52,270 nucleotides of DNA from an uncultured bacterium (GTDB lineage Bacteria; Patescibacteriota; Minisyncoccia; Phycocordibacterales; UBA1006). The notes below the pieces were generated by a model. That model ran no database searches and was not told the origin of the DNA. It saw only the letters and a program-made list of their open reading frames with translations. Positions 32,289-40,527 of this stretch are shown here, in pieces. The first letter of the stretch is position 1. Each line of letters begins with the position of its first letter. Location of the stretch: NCBI GenBank assembly GCA_937868685.1, contig CALMMZ010000181.1:1-52270 (forward strand), in the 5' to 3' direction. The position numbers and the translations under genes are program-made.

Positions 32289-32702
32289 ATGAAGTTTTCA
32301 GATCAGTGTATTGAGCTCGAACAATTAATTCCACGATTGAGGGAGCTAAAACCTTTTTGGATCTTTCTTCGTAAAATAGTTAATAACATTGGAAATATTG
32401 AATATCAATTTAGCCACCAAGAGGAAAGCTATCTCTGGTCAATTTGGGTGAATCAAAGTTTAGAAATGATCGGCTTTGTTTATAAAATTGAAACAAATGA
32501 TGGTTATCTCGAAGTCTGCGAATCCTTTCTTCATAAATATCAAAATTTGAATGATATGATTATGAAGATGGATCTCGAAATTAAACAATTTCTCGTGAAA
32601 CAGGAGGAAAAGTATGAACGTCTCCGTATTAACAAAGCACGATATTCAAAAGAATATCGTGCACGTAAGAAAATGTCTCGGATTGTAATGGCCAAAGCTT
32701 AA
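32289..32702 (+). CDS. hypothetical protein
   Basis: 137-aa ORF. AAAATTGA at 32241..32248 and a hairpin at 32249..32272 lie upstream. Basic C-terminus. Confidence 0.45.
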   Translation: MKFSDQCIELEQLIPRLRELKPFWIFLRKIVNNIGNIEYQFSHQEESYLWSIWVNQSLEMIGFVYKIETNDGYLEVCESFLHKYQNLNDMIMKMDLEIKQFLVKQEEKYERLRINKARYSKEYRARKKMSRIVMAKA

Positions 32703-32731
32703 CATCCATTACAGAAAAGATGAATGCAAAC

Positions 32732-32755
32732 TTTCTTTCTCTTTGGAGAAAGAAA
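32732..32755. terminator. intergenic palindromic hairpin shared by convergent genes
   Basis: Arm tttctttctc, loop tttg, arm gagaaagaaa, between 32702(+) and 32781(-). Confidence 0.55.
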
Positions 32756-32756
32756 A

Positions 32757-32785
32757 GGAAGTTTACTTTCGGAAGGAAGTTTAAA
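32757..32785. repeat. GTTTAAC-family copy
   Basis: ggaagtttactttcggaaggaagtttaaa at convergent 3' ends, overlapping stop 32781. Confidence 0.5.
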
Positions 32786-33314
32786 TACCCTTCAAATGAT
32801 CAAGATGAAAAACTTGAATTTGATATTCAATTTCTTTTCGAATATCTTCATCTGGAGGAATAAAATTTGGGGGCTTGACCCACTTGCCAATTTCATTTAG
32901 ATAACCACCTGGACCAAATTTTGTCATATTAGCTCGATGAACCAAATTCCAAATGGGTTCAATCTGCAATCCAGTATTACTCAAATGTTGGAGACAATAA
33001 TAAATAATATCGATCAAAGCATCAACTTCCTCGGTGAAATTTTTAGCTTCGGCCAATTCCTGTAATTCATCTTTTACCATTTGAGTAATAAATGCTCGGT
33101 CAATTCTTGACTGACCTGTAATTTTCTTGATGCATTGATTCCTCCTCTTTGTAAATTCAAGACAGTCTTGGAAGAAACTTTTACTTTCTTCCAGATGTTT
33201 GGCTTCTGCCGAGGCCACTGCAAGCAACCTTTTCAATTCTTCATTTTGTTGCTGTAGTTTCGAAAGTTTTTGCTGTGTGCTTCGACGAAATTTTCCTTTT
33301 GAAGAATGAGGCAT
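32781..33314 (-). CDS. MazG-like all-alpha NTP pyrophosphohydrolase (putative)
   Basis: 177 aa. FITQMVKDELQELAEAKNFTEEVDALIDIIYYCL and VHRANMTKFGPGGYLNEIGKWVKPPNFIPPD follow the E-x-x-E...D-x-x-D / N-x-x-K...GK-x-x-K-P pattern of phage-type MazG-like enzymes. N-terminal coiled-coil extension. Confidence 0.5.
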   Translation of the reverse strand: MPHSSKGKFRRSTQQKLSKLQQQNEELKRLLAVASAEAKHLEESKSFFQDCLEFTKRRNQCIKKITGQSRIDRAFITQMVKDELQELAEAKNFTEEVDALIDIIYYCLQHLSNTGLQIEPIWNLVHRANMTKFGPGGYLNEIGKWVKPPNFIPPDEDIRKEIEYQIQVFHLDHLKGI

Positions 33315-33341
33315 TTTTTCCTCTCAATTTAAAAAACGCAA

Positions 33342-33349
33342 TCAATTTT
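33342..33349 (-). promoter_or_regulatory. AAAATTGA early-promoter-like motif
   Basis: TCAATTTT on the plus strand. Lies upstream of minus-strand ATG 33314. Confidence 0.55.
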
Positions 33350-33377
33350 TTGGAGAGAAAATATTTTGGTAATAGAA

Positions 33378-33959
33378 ATGAGCAGACTCGTGAGATTTCC
33401 CTCTGTTTTTAATTCAGGGGTAAATCCAAATATACATTTTTTAATTCCTTCAACGGGGCCAACAGGAACTATTGGAAGTACAGGACCAACAGGAGCTAAT
33501 GGAAGTACAGGACCAACGGGACCTGGATTTACTGGGTCTGAAACAGTTCAAGTTGTTGATGTAGGAACAGATCCAAAATGGACCGGAAGTACAGTAATGA
33601 CAAATGATAATTTGGCAGGTACAATGGAAAGAAGATATATTACATTAGCAGCCGGGGGAAATGGTTATATTCAATATAATTTTGGACCAATTTCCACCGG
33701 ATATTATAACGTTAAATTTCATTTGAACAGAGCCAGTAATCAACCAAGCTTAACTGTTTCTGAAGTGACAACTTCGACAACATTGTTAACAATTCCTTTT
33801 ACACATTTGTCAAATTATCTTGGAATATATGAAACTGGTATATTCCGTTGGTTAAATCCTGGAGATTTAATTATTCGCTGGGCAGGAACCTCAACTTCAA
33901 CCGGAAATAATTTTATTATTGTGGTAAACAATATGCAACTGTTAAGATATCTTCATTAA
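33378..33959 (+). CDS. collagen-like triple-helix-repeat protein
   Basis: ATG 33378. GPTGTIGSTGPTGANGSTGPTGPG (eight G-x-y triplets) followed by a ~130-aa beta-rich C-terminal domain. Confidence 0.6.
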   Translation: MSRLVRFPSVFNSGVNPNIHFLIPSTGPTGTIGSTGPTGANGSTGPTGPGFTGSETVQVVDVGTDPKWTGSTVMTNDNLAGTMERRYITLAAGGNGYIQYNFGPISTGYYNVKFHLNRASNQPSLTVSEVTTSTTLLTIPFTHLSNYLGIYETGIFRWLNPGDLIIRWAGTSTSTGNNFIIVVNNMQLLRYLH

Positions 33960-33965
33960 AATTGA
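33958..33965 (+). promoter_or_regulatory. AAAATTGA early-promoter-like motif
   Basis: Exact AAAATTGATTTC overlapping the stop of the collagen-like gene. Lies upstream of ATG 34049. Confidence 0.5.
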
Positions 33966-34000
33966 TTTCTTAAACAGAGTGGATTCGAGAAAGCAAATCG

Positions 34001-34030
34001 TCTAAACATCATCCGGATTAGTTTAAACAT
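34001..34030. repeat. GTTTAAC-family copy, reverse/mixed orientation
   Basis: tctaaacatcatccggattagtttaaacat upstream of ATG 34049. Confidence 0.45.
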
Positions 34031-34048
34031 TTTCTCTCTTTTGTAAAA

Positions 34049-35893
34049 ATGGAATACAAAACACAAGACCAATTAGAATTGGATAATATTTTACAAGATT
34101 GGGAAAAATTTCTTAACAATCACCGTCAACAACCATCTGAAGAAGAACTTAAGAAATTCCCCAATGGAATTGTTATTAATGATTTAGTTAAACATGCCGG
34201 AGGATATGGTGCAATTGGAATTTTTGAATTTCAAAATCGTCCTAAAATTTCTTATGTTTATAAGATTTGTACTGAACCGAGTTTTAATCTCCGCCATGAA
34301 ATGGCCAATCTTGACATTCTTCGAGGATCAAGAGCTTGGTGTCCTCATTTTTGTGAAAGTTACGGCATTGTGCGAGCTAAAGTCGACCCAGTAGGCGGTT
34401 CTCTGTTCAAAGAAAGTGAGACAGCAATTGAAGCCGATATTGCCTTGATGGAATTTATTCCCGGTGAAGCTTTTAGTAAATCAATTAAAGAGCTTAACCA
34501 CGACCAGATTCTATCAGTCTTGCAACAAACGTTATTGGCTATTGATATTATGCAAACCAAATTTCAAATGTCACATTATGATCTCCATACTTCAAATGTG
34601 ATGTTAGTGTGTTGTCATCCTGAAACAGTTTTTGTTTACAAATGGAGGGGAAGAACCTTTGTTATTCCTACCAGAGGTGTCGTACCAGTGATTATTGATT
34701 TTGGATTTGCCTATTCTAATTTACTTGAAGGTCCATTTTATGCCTTGATGTCTTTCACCAATGATGGATGTTTGGGATGCCAAGTGGACAATGTGTATGA
34801 TCCAAGAGTCTTTTTGATGGATACGGTTGATGAACTCGAAAGACTCGATCGATATCCAAATCTTTGCAGCTTCTTACGAGAGTTCTATCCTCTCAAAACC
34901 TTTGATCCAAGAACAGGAGAAGAAATTCACGAATTTGATCCAAATTCAGGAAGAAGTAACGACAAATTTAACCCTGCTACAAAACGAATTGAAGATCAAA
35001 TTCTTGATATTGAAAAAGAGAAAAAGATTTCCTCCTTCTTAGTCGGCTTTTCGGAAACGGAAGATAAAGAAGAGGAACATGAAGATTCTCCAAGAAGACA
35101 TTCACCTTCAATTCGAAGAAGTGATTCGAGAAGTAGATCACATCGTCGTTCCCGCAGTGAATCAAGAAGTAGATCACGTCGTCGTTCCCGCAGTGAATCA
35201 AGAAGTCGTCGTTCTCGCAGTGAATCAAGAAGTGATTCACAATCACAGACTTCCGATGAAAGTGATACCGTTTATTATAATTGTACTTATCTCGTGGAAA
35301 TGGTACAAAGTCTTCAAGAGTATCCATTGAAATTGACTGGAACTCTTAAGACTCATTACAAAGATTTCCGCGCAGCGTATATTGCCTTTGCTCGTCAATT
35401 TGTCAAATATGAAGATACTGTTTCTTCAGACTTTCTTCGCTTTTTAATTCTTCGTAATATGATTGATGCTGCACGTTTGGCAAGAAAAGAGGAAGGGAAA
35501 ACGAGACTTGAAGTTTATCGAAAAGAATTTTTCCATTTAATGAACGAGAGTTGCAAATTTTACAGTCCGCCTAACGATGTAGATGTAGATATTTTGTTGA
35601 CCTCTTTGTATGACATGTCTAAAATTATTTTGAATGGAATTAGTCACGATTTGAAGATGATCAATCGTAAACGTATTAATCGATATCGCATTTCCACACT
35701 CGAATTGTACGATCGTCTTGAAGAAAAGGTGGATCGTTCATTTTCTCTTCGCCAACCACTTCGAATCTGGGATATCGATGGAAAGAAAACCAGTCAATTT
35801 TCCCTCACGACAGAACAACAGAAAGAAATCGAAAAAAGCAAGAAAAAGCAAGCCGGATTGATTCGTTTGTTAGAGAAAAAATTGTCTGACTGA
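34049..35893 (+). CDS. atypical protein-kinase-like protein with an internal Arg/Ser (RS) domain
   Basis: 614 aa. GGYGAIGIF (G-loop-like), YVYKI, SHYDLHTSNVMLV (H-x-D-x-x-x-x-N), VIIDFGFAY. RS tract: SPRRHSPSIRRSDSRSRSHRRSRSESRSRSRRRSRSESRSRRSRSESRSDSQS. Confidence 0.65.
   Translation: MEYKTQDQLELDNILQDWEKFLNNHRQQPSEEELKKFPNGIVINDLVKHAGGYGAIGIFEFQNRPKISYVYKICTEPSFNLRHEMANLDILRGSRAWCPHFCESYGIVRAKVDPVGGSLFKESETAIEADIALMEFIPGEAFSKSIKELNHDQILSVLQQTLLAIDIMQTKFQMSHYDLHTSNVMLVCCHPETVFVYKWRGRTFVIPTRGVVPVIIDFGFAYSNLLEGPFYALMSFTNDGCLGCQVDNVYDPRVFLMDTVDELERLDRYPNLCSFLREFYPLKTFDPRTGEEIHEFDPNSGRSNDKFNPATKRIEDQILDIEKEKKISSFLVGFSETEDKEEEHEDSPRRHSPSIRRSDSRSRSHRRSRSESRSRSRRRSRSESRSRRSRSESRSDSQSQTSDESDTVYYNCTYLVEMVQSLQEYPLKLTGTLKTHYKDFRAAYIAFARQFVKYEDTVSSDFLRFLILRNMIDAARLARKEEGKTRLEVYRKEFFHLMNESCKFYSPPNDVDVDILLTSLYDMSKIILNGISHDLKMINRKRINRYRISTLELYDRLEEKVDRSFSLRQPLRIWDIDGKKTSQFSLTTEQQKEIEKSKKKQAGLIRLLEKKLSD
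35129..35233. repeat. 36-bp tandem repeat (about 2.8 units) encoding the RS tract
   Basis: agaagtagatcacatcgtcgttcccgcagtgaatca at 35129..35164 is repeated at 35165..35200 with one mismatch, then a shortened copy. Confidence 0.85.
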
Positions 35894-35983
35894 GTACCCA
35901 GAAACTCTCAATTTTACCAAAAAAGCTAGAAAAAAATGCCTTGATAATAGGTGAAAAAATTGTGATTTTTTTTGTTGAAAAAG

Positions 35984-36007
35984 TCGATTTCTCCGCGGAG
36001 AAATCGA
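35984..36007. terminator. intergenic palindromic hairpin
   Basis: Perfect 24-nt palindrome tcgatttctccgcggagaaatcga downstream of 35893(+). Confidence 0.55.
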
Positions 36008-36079
36008 ATGAAAATTCATTGAAAATGAAAAAAGTGCAATTTCAATGAATTCAATAAAATTCATTGGTGGTTCAAAATT

Positions 36080-36120
36080 GGAAACTTTTTGAAATTCAAA
36101 CCGAATTTCAAAAAGTTTCC
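36080..36120. repeat. perfect 18-bp-arm inverted repeat
   Basis: Arm ggaaactttttgaaattc, loop aaacc, arm gaatttcaaaaagtttcc. This is the longest hairpin in the window and lies in a 274-bp non-coding gap. Confidence 0.7.
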
Positions 36121-36167
36121 AAATCAATAAATTCAATGAAGTTGTTTTTTTTGAATTCCTGAGGAAT

Positions 36168-36440
36168 TCAAATTGAAACCCAACGAAGATAACTCATCGA
36201 AGGTTTTTCCTTCGGCCAAAACTGATGATCAAAATATAAAGAAGGAGTTTCCCAAGTTGATAAGTAGATTTCTTCTCGAGTTCGAATGTTAGCAGCGTGA
36301 ATGAACCAAACGACACCATCGTCAAACACAATTGGATTGTCTTCAAGAATGATATAACTTGTCCAGGAGGTATGGAAAGTTAGATAATTGAATGTAATTA
36401 CAAATAAAATCACCCAGAGAGGAATGAACATTAAATTCAT
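36168..36440 (-). CDS. small membrane-anchored protein
   Basis: The first ATG in the 36168..36662 frame is at 36440 (MNLMFIPLWVILFVITFNYLTF...). The 74 upstream codons have no ATG; the listed start is a TTG. Confidence 0.35.
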   Translation of the reverse strand: MNLMFIPLWVILFVITFNYLTFHTSWTSYIILEDNPIVFDDGVVWFIHAANIRTREEIYLSTWETPSLYFDHQFWPKEKPSMSYLRWVSI

Positions 36441-36487
36441 CGCCAGCGTCGAGGGAAAGAAATCTTTTTTTGATAGTATTGAATTCC

Positions 36488-36512
36488 ATTTAACCCCGGA
36501 AGGACGTTTAAC
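36488..36512. repeat. GTTTAAC-family copy
   Basis: atttaaccccggaaggacgtttaac in the ATG-less open frame upstream of ATG 36440. Confidence 0.6.
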
Positions 36513-36812
36513 TTGCTCCCGCGATGATATCTTGCTCCTGATCTCATCATGACCGATCTCATCATTAAACCGATGAGCATGACAAGTAAGAGTAATATCA
36601 CGATTGCAATTCCAGTCAATGCTTCCATCTCGTTTTATTATCAAAGAAAAAATAATTTTCAATATAAACGTATTTTAGAGTGTATGACTTCCTTTTGTGG
36701 AAAAGGTACCTTTGTCACAGAAAGTCCTCTTGTCCATTCCTCGATATCTCTCTCTACGATCTTGGACATTATCATGTCAGAAATGAGACGATAAACAATC
36801 GTTGTTAAAAAA

Positions 36813-37463
36813 TTAAACATTTTGATACAACGAAATTATAAAAGTTCCATTTAACAGCATATCATTGTTAACCGAGGTGCGGGGTATAGCTTTAGGCATG
36901 ACTCCACGTTGACTTTTTCCTGGTAAATAAAGATAATTATTATAATTCAATCGCCACAAAGTATACAGAGGGAAATATCCATCTCCAAAATCGGCGTACA
37001 GGAAATAACGTGCATTAACTGCCGGTCCAATGTCAATAAACAAAGTTCCTTCATAAATTTGCCCATCGGGACGAATGAATTTGAAATATCCTTGTTTGAG
37101 AAAAACTCTACGCGCTTCCAATGTTCGAATTTCAGCTTTCTCACCTGGTTTTTGATAGGAAATGTAATTATAATTATAACCCATGTAATTTAAATTGGAC
37201 ATTTCAAAATCGAATTTAATCGAAGGAATTCCTAGAATAGTTCCGTCTTGCATAACTGGATACATTAAATTGGGATAACCCGCTTTTGCTTGAGTGGCAA
37301 GTAAATGTTGAAGAGGTACATCATCAGTAACGAGATAACCGGCTAATTTTTGGCTAGGTGGAACAACTTTGAGTTTTTTGGCTTTTGGCTTCATATTCAT
37401 GACTCCATAAATAATTGTGGCCAATAGCAATAAAACGGCCAAATAAATGATAGCAACTTTCAT
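36813..37463 (-). CDS. type-II-like membrane-anchored protein
   Basis: 216 aa. N-terminal MKVAIIYLAVLLLLATIIYGV, then a Tyr/Gly/Asn-rich domain. Confidence 0.5.
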   Translation of the reverse strand: MKVAIIYLAVLLLLATIIYGVMNMKPKAKKLKVVPPSQKLAGYLVTDDVPLQHLLATQAKAGYPNLMYPVMQDGTILGIPSIKFDFEMSNLNYMGYNYNYISYQKPGEKAEIRTLEARRVFLKQGYFKFIRPDGQIYEGTLFIDIGPAVNARYFLYADFGDGYFPLYTLWRLNYNNYLYLPGKSQRGVMPKAIPRTSVNNDMLLNGTFIISLYQNV

Positions 37464-37497
37464 CGAAAGGAGTGAAGGATTTTAGAAAGGAAAAATA

Positions 37498-37629
37498 TTA
37501 ATATTTTTCCTTTCTTTTTGTGACTTTGACCTTCTTGTTAATCAGAGTAATCAAGAGTAACAACAGACCGAAATAAAAGATGAGTGCAAGAGCAAGTATC
37601 CACCCTACAATTGAAATGATATTGCGCAT
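37498..37629 (-). CDS. possible 43-aa single-pass membrane mini-protein
   Basis: Own translation: MRNIISIVGWILALALIFYFGLLLLLITLINKKVKVTKRKEKY. Lies between two membrane-protein genes on the same strand. Below the ORF-track cutoff. Confidence 0.3.
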   Translation of the reverse strand: MRNIISIVGWILALALIFYFGLLLLLITLINKKVKVTKRKEKY

Positions 37630-37675
37630 TTCTTTTTTACAGAAAAAAGAAATCTTTGTCCATTTTCATTGAATT

Positions 37676-38206
37676 CTACAAAAGTAAATATTGAAAATCA
37701 GTATCTCGAGTGACGCTAAAAGCACCTAAACTTTCTTTACCCGGGATAATAAAAGTATCTCCATTCTTGAGTTTTTTATTATTCTGAGCAGGTAAATTAA
37801 TAATAATTCCTTTATCATTGTCAACTATCCGATATTCAAAAGAATAATCTTCAATAAAAGGAGGGACAAATCTTTGTTCTAAAGAATAAACTGTATCATC
37901 ATTTGTCGACACTGAACTTAATGTACCAACTCGTTCCCAATTTCTTGATAAAGTTTTAGGTACACCTCCATAGAATCTTAAAGGTCCCTGCGTTCCTTTA
38001 GTAATAGGAATGGCGTGGACATTAGCACCGGTTGAAATTTCATAAGGTGGTGGTTGTTCGAACGTTTGATAATAAGGTGGTTGAACATAGCGACTTTGTG
38101 ATCTTTGACTTATGTTATGAATTAGACGTTCACTTTGTGTATAGAGGAAGACCACCGTAAATGCAAGAATAGTAATAAGTCCTGCGATTAATGTAATGAG
38201 AATCAT
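37676..38206 (-). CDS. type-II-like membrane-anchored protein
   Basis: 176 aa. N-terminal MILITLIAGLITILAFTVVFLY, a PPYYQTFEQPPPYE (PPxY-like) segment, then a beta-rich domain. Confidence 0.5.
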   Translation of the reverse strand: MILITLIAGLITILAFTVVFLYTQSERLIHNISQRSQSRYVQPPYYQTFEQPPPYEISTGANVHAIPITKGTQGPLRFYGGVPKTLSRNWERVGTLSSVSTNDDTVYSLEQRFVPPFIEDYSFEYRIVDNDKGIIINLPAQNNKKLKNGDTFIIPGKESLGAFSVTRDTDFQYLLL

Positions 38207-38233
38207 GCTCGAATTCTTTTTAAAAGAAAAAGA

Positions 38234-38241
38234 AAAATTGA
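38234..38241 (+). promoter_or_regulatory. AAAATTGA early-promoter-like motif
   Basis: Exact motif upstream of the FEN1 ATG 38273. Confidence 0.55.
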
Positions 38242-38272
38242 TAAAGTATTTCTTTCGCTTTAATCAAATCAA

Positions 38273-39304
38273 ATGGGTATTAATGGCTTGTTTTCGTTTT
38301 TGAAGAAGAAATTCCCTTCCTTGTTCGAAACAGTTCATTTTTCTCAATTTCGAGGGAAAAGTTTTGCAATTGATGTTTCTGGTCTTATTTGGAAATTCAA
38401 AGTCGTTAATCCCACAAAATGGCTTGATTCATTTGCTTATTTTATTTTTGCTTTGCGGCAAAACCAAATCCATCCTATTTTTGTCTATGATGGGAAAGCG
38501 CCTGTTGAAAAAGAGAAAGAAAAACTTCGCCGAAATGAACAGAGAGTAAAGTTGATCAATAAAACAGAACAACTTCGCGAAGATTTGGATAAATACTACA
38601 ATGAAGGCGAAGCTTCAGAACTCTTATTAGAGAAATCAAAAGAGCTGAAGCCAAATACTTTGGCCAATGTAGTACAAACACAACTTCTTGAACAAAAATA
38701 TCAACAAATGAAAACTCAGATCAACAATTTTACAGATGAAGACAGGAAAAAACTGCAACAACTCTTCGATTTAGCTGGAGTTCCTACGGTGACTTCACCT
38801 TCTGAAGCCGAAACACTGTGTGCTTCCTTGTATCATGAAAAGAAAGTAGACGCTGTAGTAAGTGGAGACTCTGATGTTTGTGCCTATCAAGTTGAAAACT
38901 TCTTGTATGAAATTAATCATTTTAATCACACTGCAATAAAAGTAAGTTTCTCACGTCTTCTTCAAGCTCTTGAATTAACACCAACTCAATTTGTTGATTT
39001 TTGTATTCTCTGTGGTACTGATTACAATGATAATATTCCCAAAGTAGGTCCAGTAAATGCTTACAAACTAATTAAAGAATGTGGCTCAATCGAGAAGATT
39101 GGAGAAAAGGGATATGATATTTCAATTCTCAACCATCAAGTTGTACGAGGGTTGTTTCAACCTCGCCATTCGGTATCAGTCGAAACAGTGTGTCGTGCAC
39201 CAAATACCGTCGAATTATACAACTTCTTGGTAATGAACAATTCGCGTATTAGCTTTGAGACTATTCAAAAGGCTTACGCTCCACCTGTTTTAATTTTTGA
39301 ATAA
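38273..39304 (+). CDS. FEN1/XPG-family flap endonuclease
   Basis: 343 aa. MGINGLFSFLKKKFP (XPG-N start), FAIDVSGLIWKF, VYDGKAPVEKEKE, SPSEAETLCASL...VSGDSDVCAY (XPG-I), GTDYNDNIPKVGPVNAYKLI (H3TH). Confidence 0.85.
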   Translation: MGINGLFSFLKKKFPSLFETVHFSQFRGKSFAIDVSGLIWKFKVVNPTKWLDSFAYFIFALRQNQIHPIFVYDGKAPVEKEKEKLRRNEQRVKLINKTEQLREDLDKYYNEGEASELLLEKSKELKPNTLANVVQTQLLEQKYQQMKTQINNFTDEDRKKLQQLFDLAGVPTVTSPSEAETLCASLYHEKKVDAVVSGDSDVCAYQVENFLYEINHFNHTAIKVSFSRLLQALELTPTQFVDFCILCGTDYNDNIPKVGPVNAYKLIKECGSIEKIGEKGYDISILNHQVVRGLFQPRHSVSVETVCRAPNTVELYNFLVMNNSRISFETIQKAYAPPVLIFE

Positions 39305-39328
39305 CATTCTCTTCTCCGTGGAGAATAG

Positions 39329-39336
39329 AAAATTGA
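39329..39336 (+). promoter_or_regulatory. AAAATTGA early-promoter-like motif
   Basis: First of two exact copies upstream of ATG 39466. Confidence 0.45.
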
Positions 39337-39392
39337 TTTCTTTTGAAATCGAAAGAGAAAGAAATATCTTGAGTTTTCTACATTTAATCTCG

Positions 39393-39400
39393 AAAATTGA
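39393..39400 (+). promoter_or_regulatory. AAAATTGA early-promoter-like motif
   Basis: Second exact copy upstream of ATG 39466. Confidence 0.5.
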
Positions 39401-39465
39401 TTTATTTCTTTATCATTTGAGAACTAAACAAAACCTATTTCAATTAAACAAAATCAACACTTCGA

Positions 39466-40461
39466 ATGAGCACTCAACAAATTGGTACTCCTTTTGCAAC
39501 GATGCCTAGTGCACCTGCTAGTATGATGCCCGCTCCTCTCGGTGCTCCTCTCGGTGCTCCTCTTGGGATGCCTGGGATGCCTGGGATGCCTGGGATGCCT
39601 GGAATGCCTGGAATGCCTCAATCAGAAAAGAAAGATTTTGTTGAAACATTGGCAGTAAACATTGAAACTAAGATTCTTGAAGAAGTGAAAAATCAAATGC
39701 AAACGCAAATCTATGAATTTGCCGCTCTCATTTGCAGTATGCCTGAAGCTCAACAACGAGGTATTACTCCTGCTCACATTATCGAAATTTGGAATTCGGT
39801 GGCTGGACCTCATTTGACCCTGGCTACCACTGCCCCAGTCAAGAGTACCAAAGCTTCAACCAAAGGTAGCGGCAATCAATGTGCTGCAACTTTGGTAAAA
39901 GGTAATAAGCCTGGAAGCCAATGTGGAAACCCGGCAAAGGCTGGTTCTGCTTATTGTGCTCGACATGCAAAGCAGCACGATGCTCCAACTATTTCTGGAA
40001 GTGCTATTGGACTTCCAGGAGTTCCTCCTCCGATGGGAGTTCCTCAAGGATTGCCTCCTCCGATGGGAGTTCCTCAACTCGGAGTTCCTCAAGGATTGCC
40101 TCCTCCAATGGGGCTTCCTCAACTAGGAGTTCCTCCTCCAATGGGAGTTCCTCAAATGAGCGCACCTGCTATGGCTCAGCCAAGTGGAGGATGTTCAGTA
40201 CCTTTGAAATCAGGATCTCGTGCGGGACAACTTTGTGGTGGAAAGGTTGTCGCTGGTTGCACCTATTGCTCACGACATAAGCCCAAGGACGCAGCTCCCA
40301 CAGCAAACGTTATCCCACCTGGAGTTCCCATGAGTAACTTGGGAGCATTTGCCCAACCTCAAATGCAAATGCTTCCACCACAATTCCCGAGTGGAATTCC
40401 TCAATTGCAAATTCCACCACAAATGCAATTGCCTTCACAATTGCCTTCACAACCCCAATAA
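39466..40461 (+). CDS. Pro/Gly/Met-rich repeat protein with two C-x13-C-x10-C-x2-H motifs
   Basis: 331 aa. GMPGMPGMPGMPGMP, (GVPPPMGVPQGLPPPMGVPQL)n, CAATLVKGNKPGSQCGNPAKAGSAYCARH and CSVPLKSGSRAGQLCGGKVVAGCTYCSRH. Confidence 0.55.
   Translation: MSTQQIGTPFATMPSAPASMMPAPLGAPLGAPLGMPGMPGMPGMPGMPGMPQSEKKDFVETLAVNIETKILEEVKNQMQTQIYEFAALICSMPEAQQRGITPAHIIEIWNSVAGPHLTLATTAPVKSTKASTKGSGNQCAATLVKGNKPGSQCGNPAKAGSAYCARHAKQHDAPTISGSAIGLPGVPPPMGVPQGLPPPMGVPQLGVPQGLPPPMGLPQLGVPPPMGVPQMSAPAMAQPSGGCSVPLKSGSRAGQLCGGKVVAGCTYCSRHKPKDAAPTANVIPPGVPMSNLGAFAQPQMQMLPPQFPSGIPQLQIPPQMQLPSQLPSQPQ
39565..39618. repeat. 9-bp tandem repeat x6
   Basis: gggatgcct four times, then ggaatgcct twice. Encodes GMPGMPGMPGMPGMPGMP. 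Confidence 0.9.
40018..40156. repeat. imperfect tandem repeats encoding GVPPPMGVPQGLPPPMGVPQL units
   Basis: Repeated ggagttcctc / ggattgcctcctcc(g/a)atggg blocks. Confidence 0.75.
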
Positions 40462-40491
40462 GTATCTAATTCTCTCGAGAAAAAGATAAGC

Positions 40492-40514
40492 TTTCATTCT
40501 TTTGAAGAATGAAA
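40492..40514. terminator. intergenic palindromic hairpin shared by convergent genes
   Basis: Arm tttcattctt, loop ttg, arm aagaatgaaa, between 40461(+) and 40528(-). Confidence 0.5.
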
Positions 40515-40527
40515 CATCTCAAAGAGA

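Noticed and set aside
32620-32702. bZIP-like basic region (RINKARYSKEYRARKKMSR) at the C-terminus of ORF 32289..32702
   Set aside because: The spacing is off by one relative to the N-x7-R basic-region consensus. No leucine zipper follows, because the protein ends.
34977-35330. ORFs 34977..35327 (minus) and 35079..35330 (plus) across the RS-repeat region
   Set aside because: These are shadow frames of the 36-bp repeat, fully nested in the 614-aa kinase-like ORF.
35870-36136. 88-aa minus-strand ORF in the spacer after 35893
   Set aside because: It spans the palindrome-dense non-coding island. It has a Phe/Ile/Asn-rich junk-like composition and no promoter motif.
39856-40280. Overlapping ORFs 39856..40122 (minus), 39921..40280 (plus) and 39923..40126 (plus) inside the Pro/Gly-rich gene
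   Set aside because: Low-complexity repeat DNA stays open in several frames. The 39466..40461 frame carries the conserved CCCH motifs and proper flanking signals.
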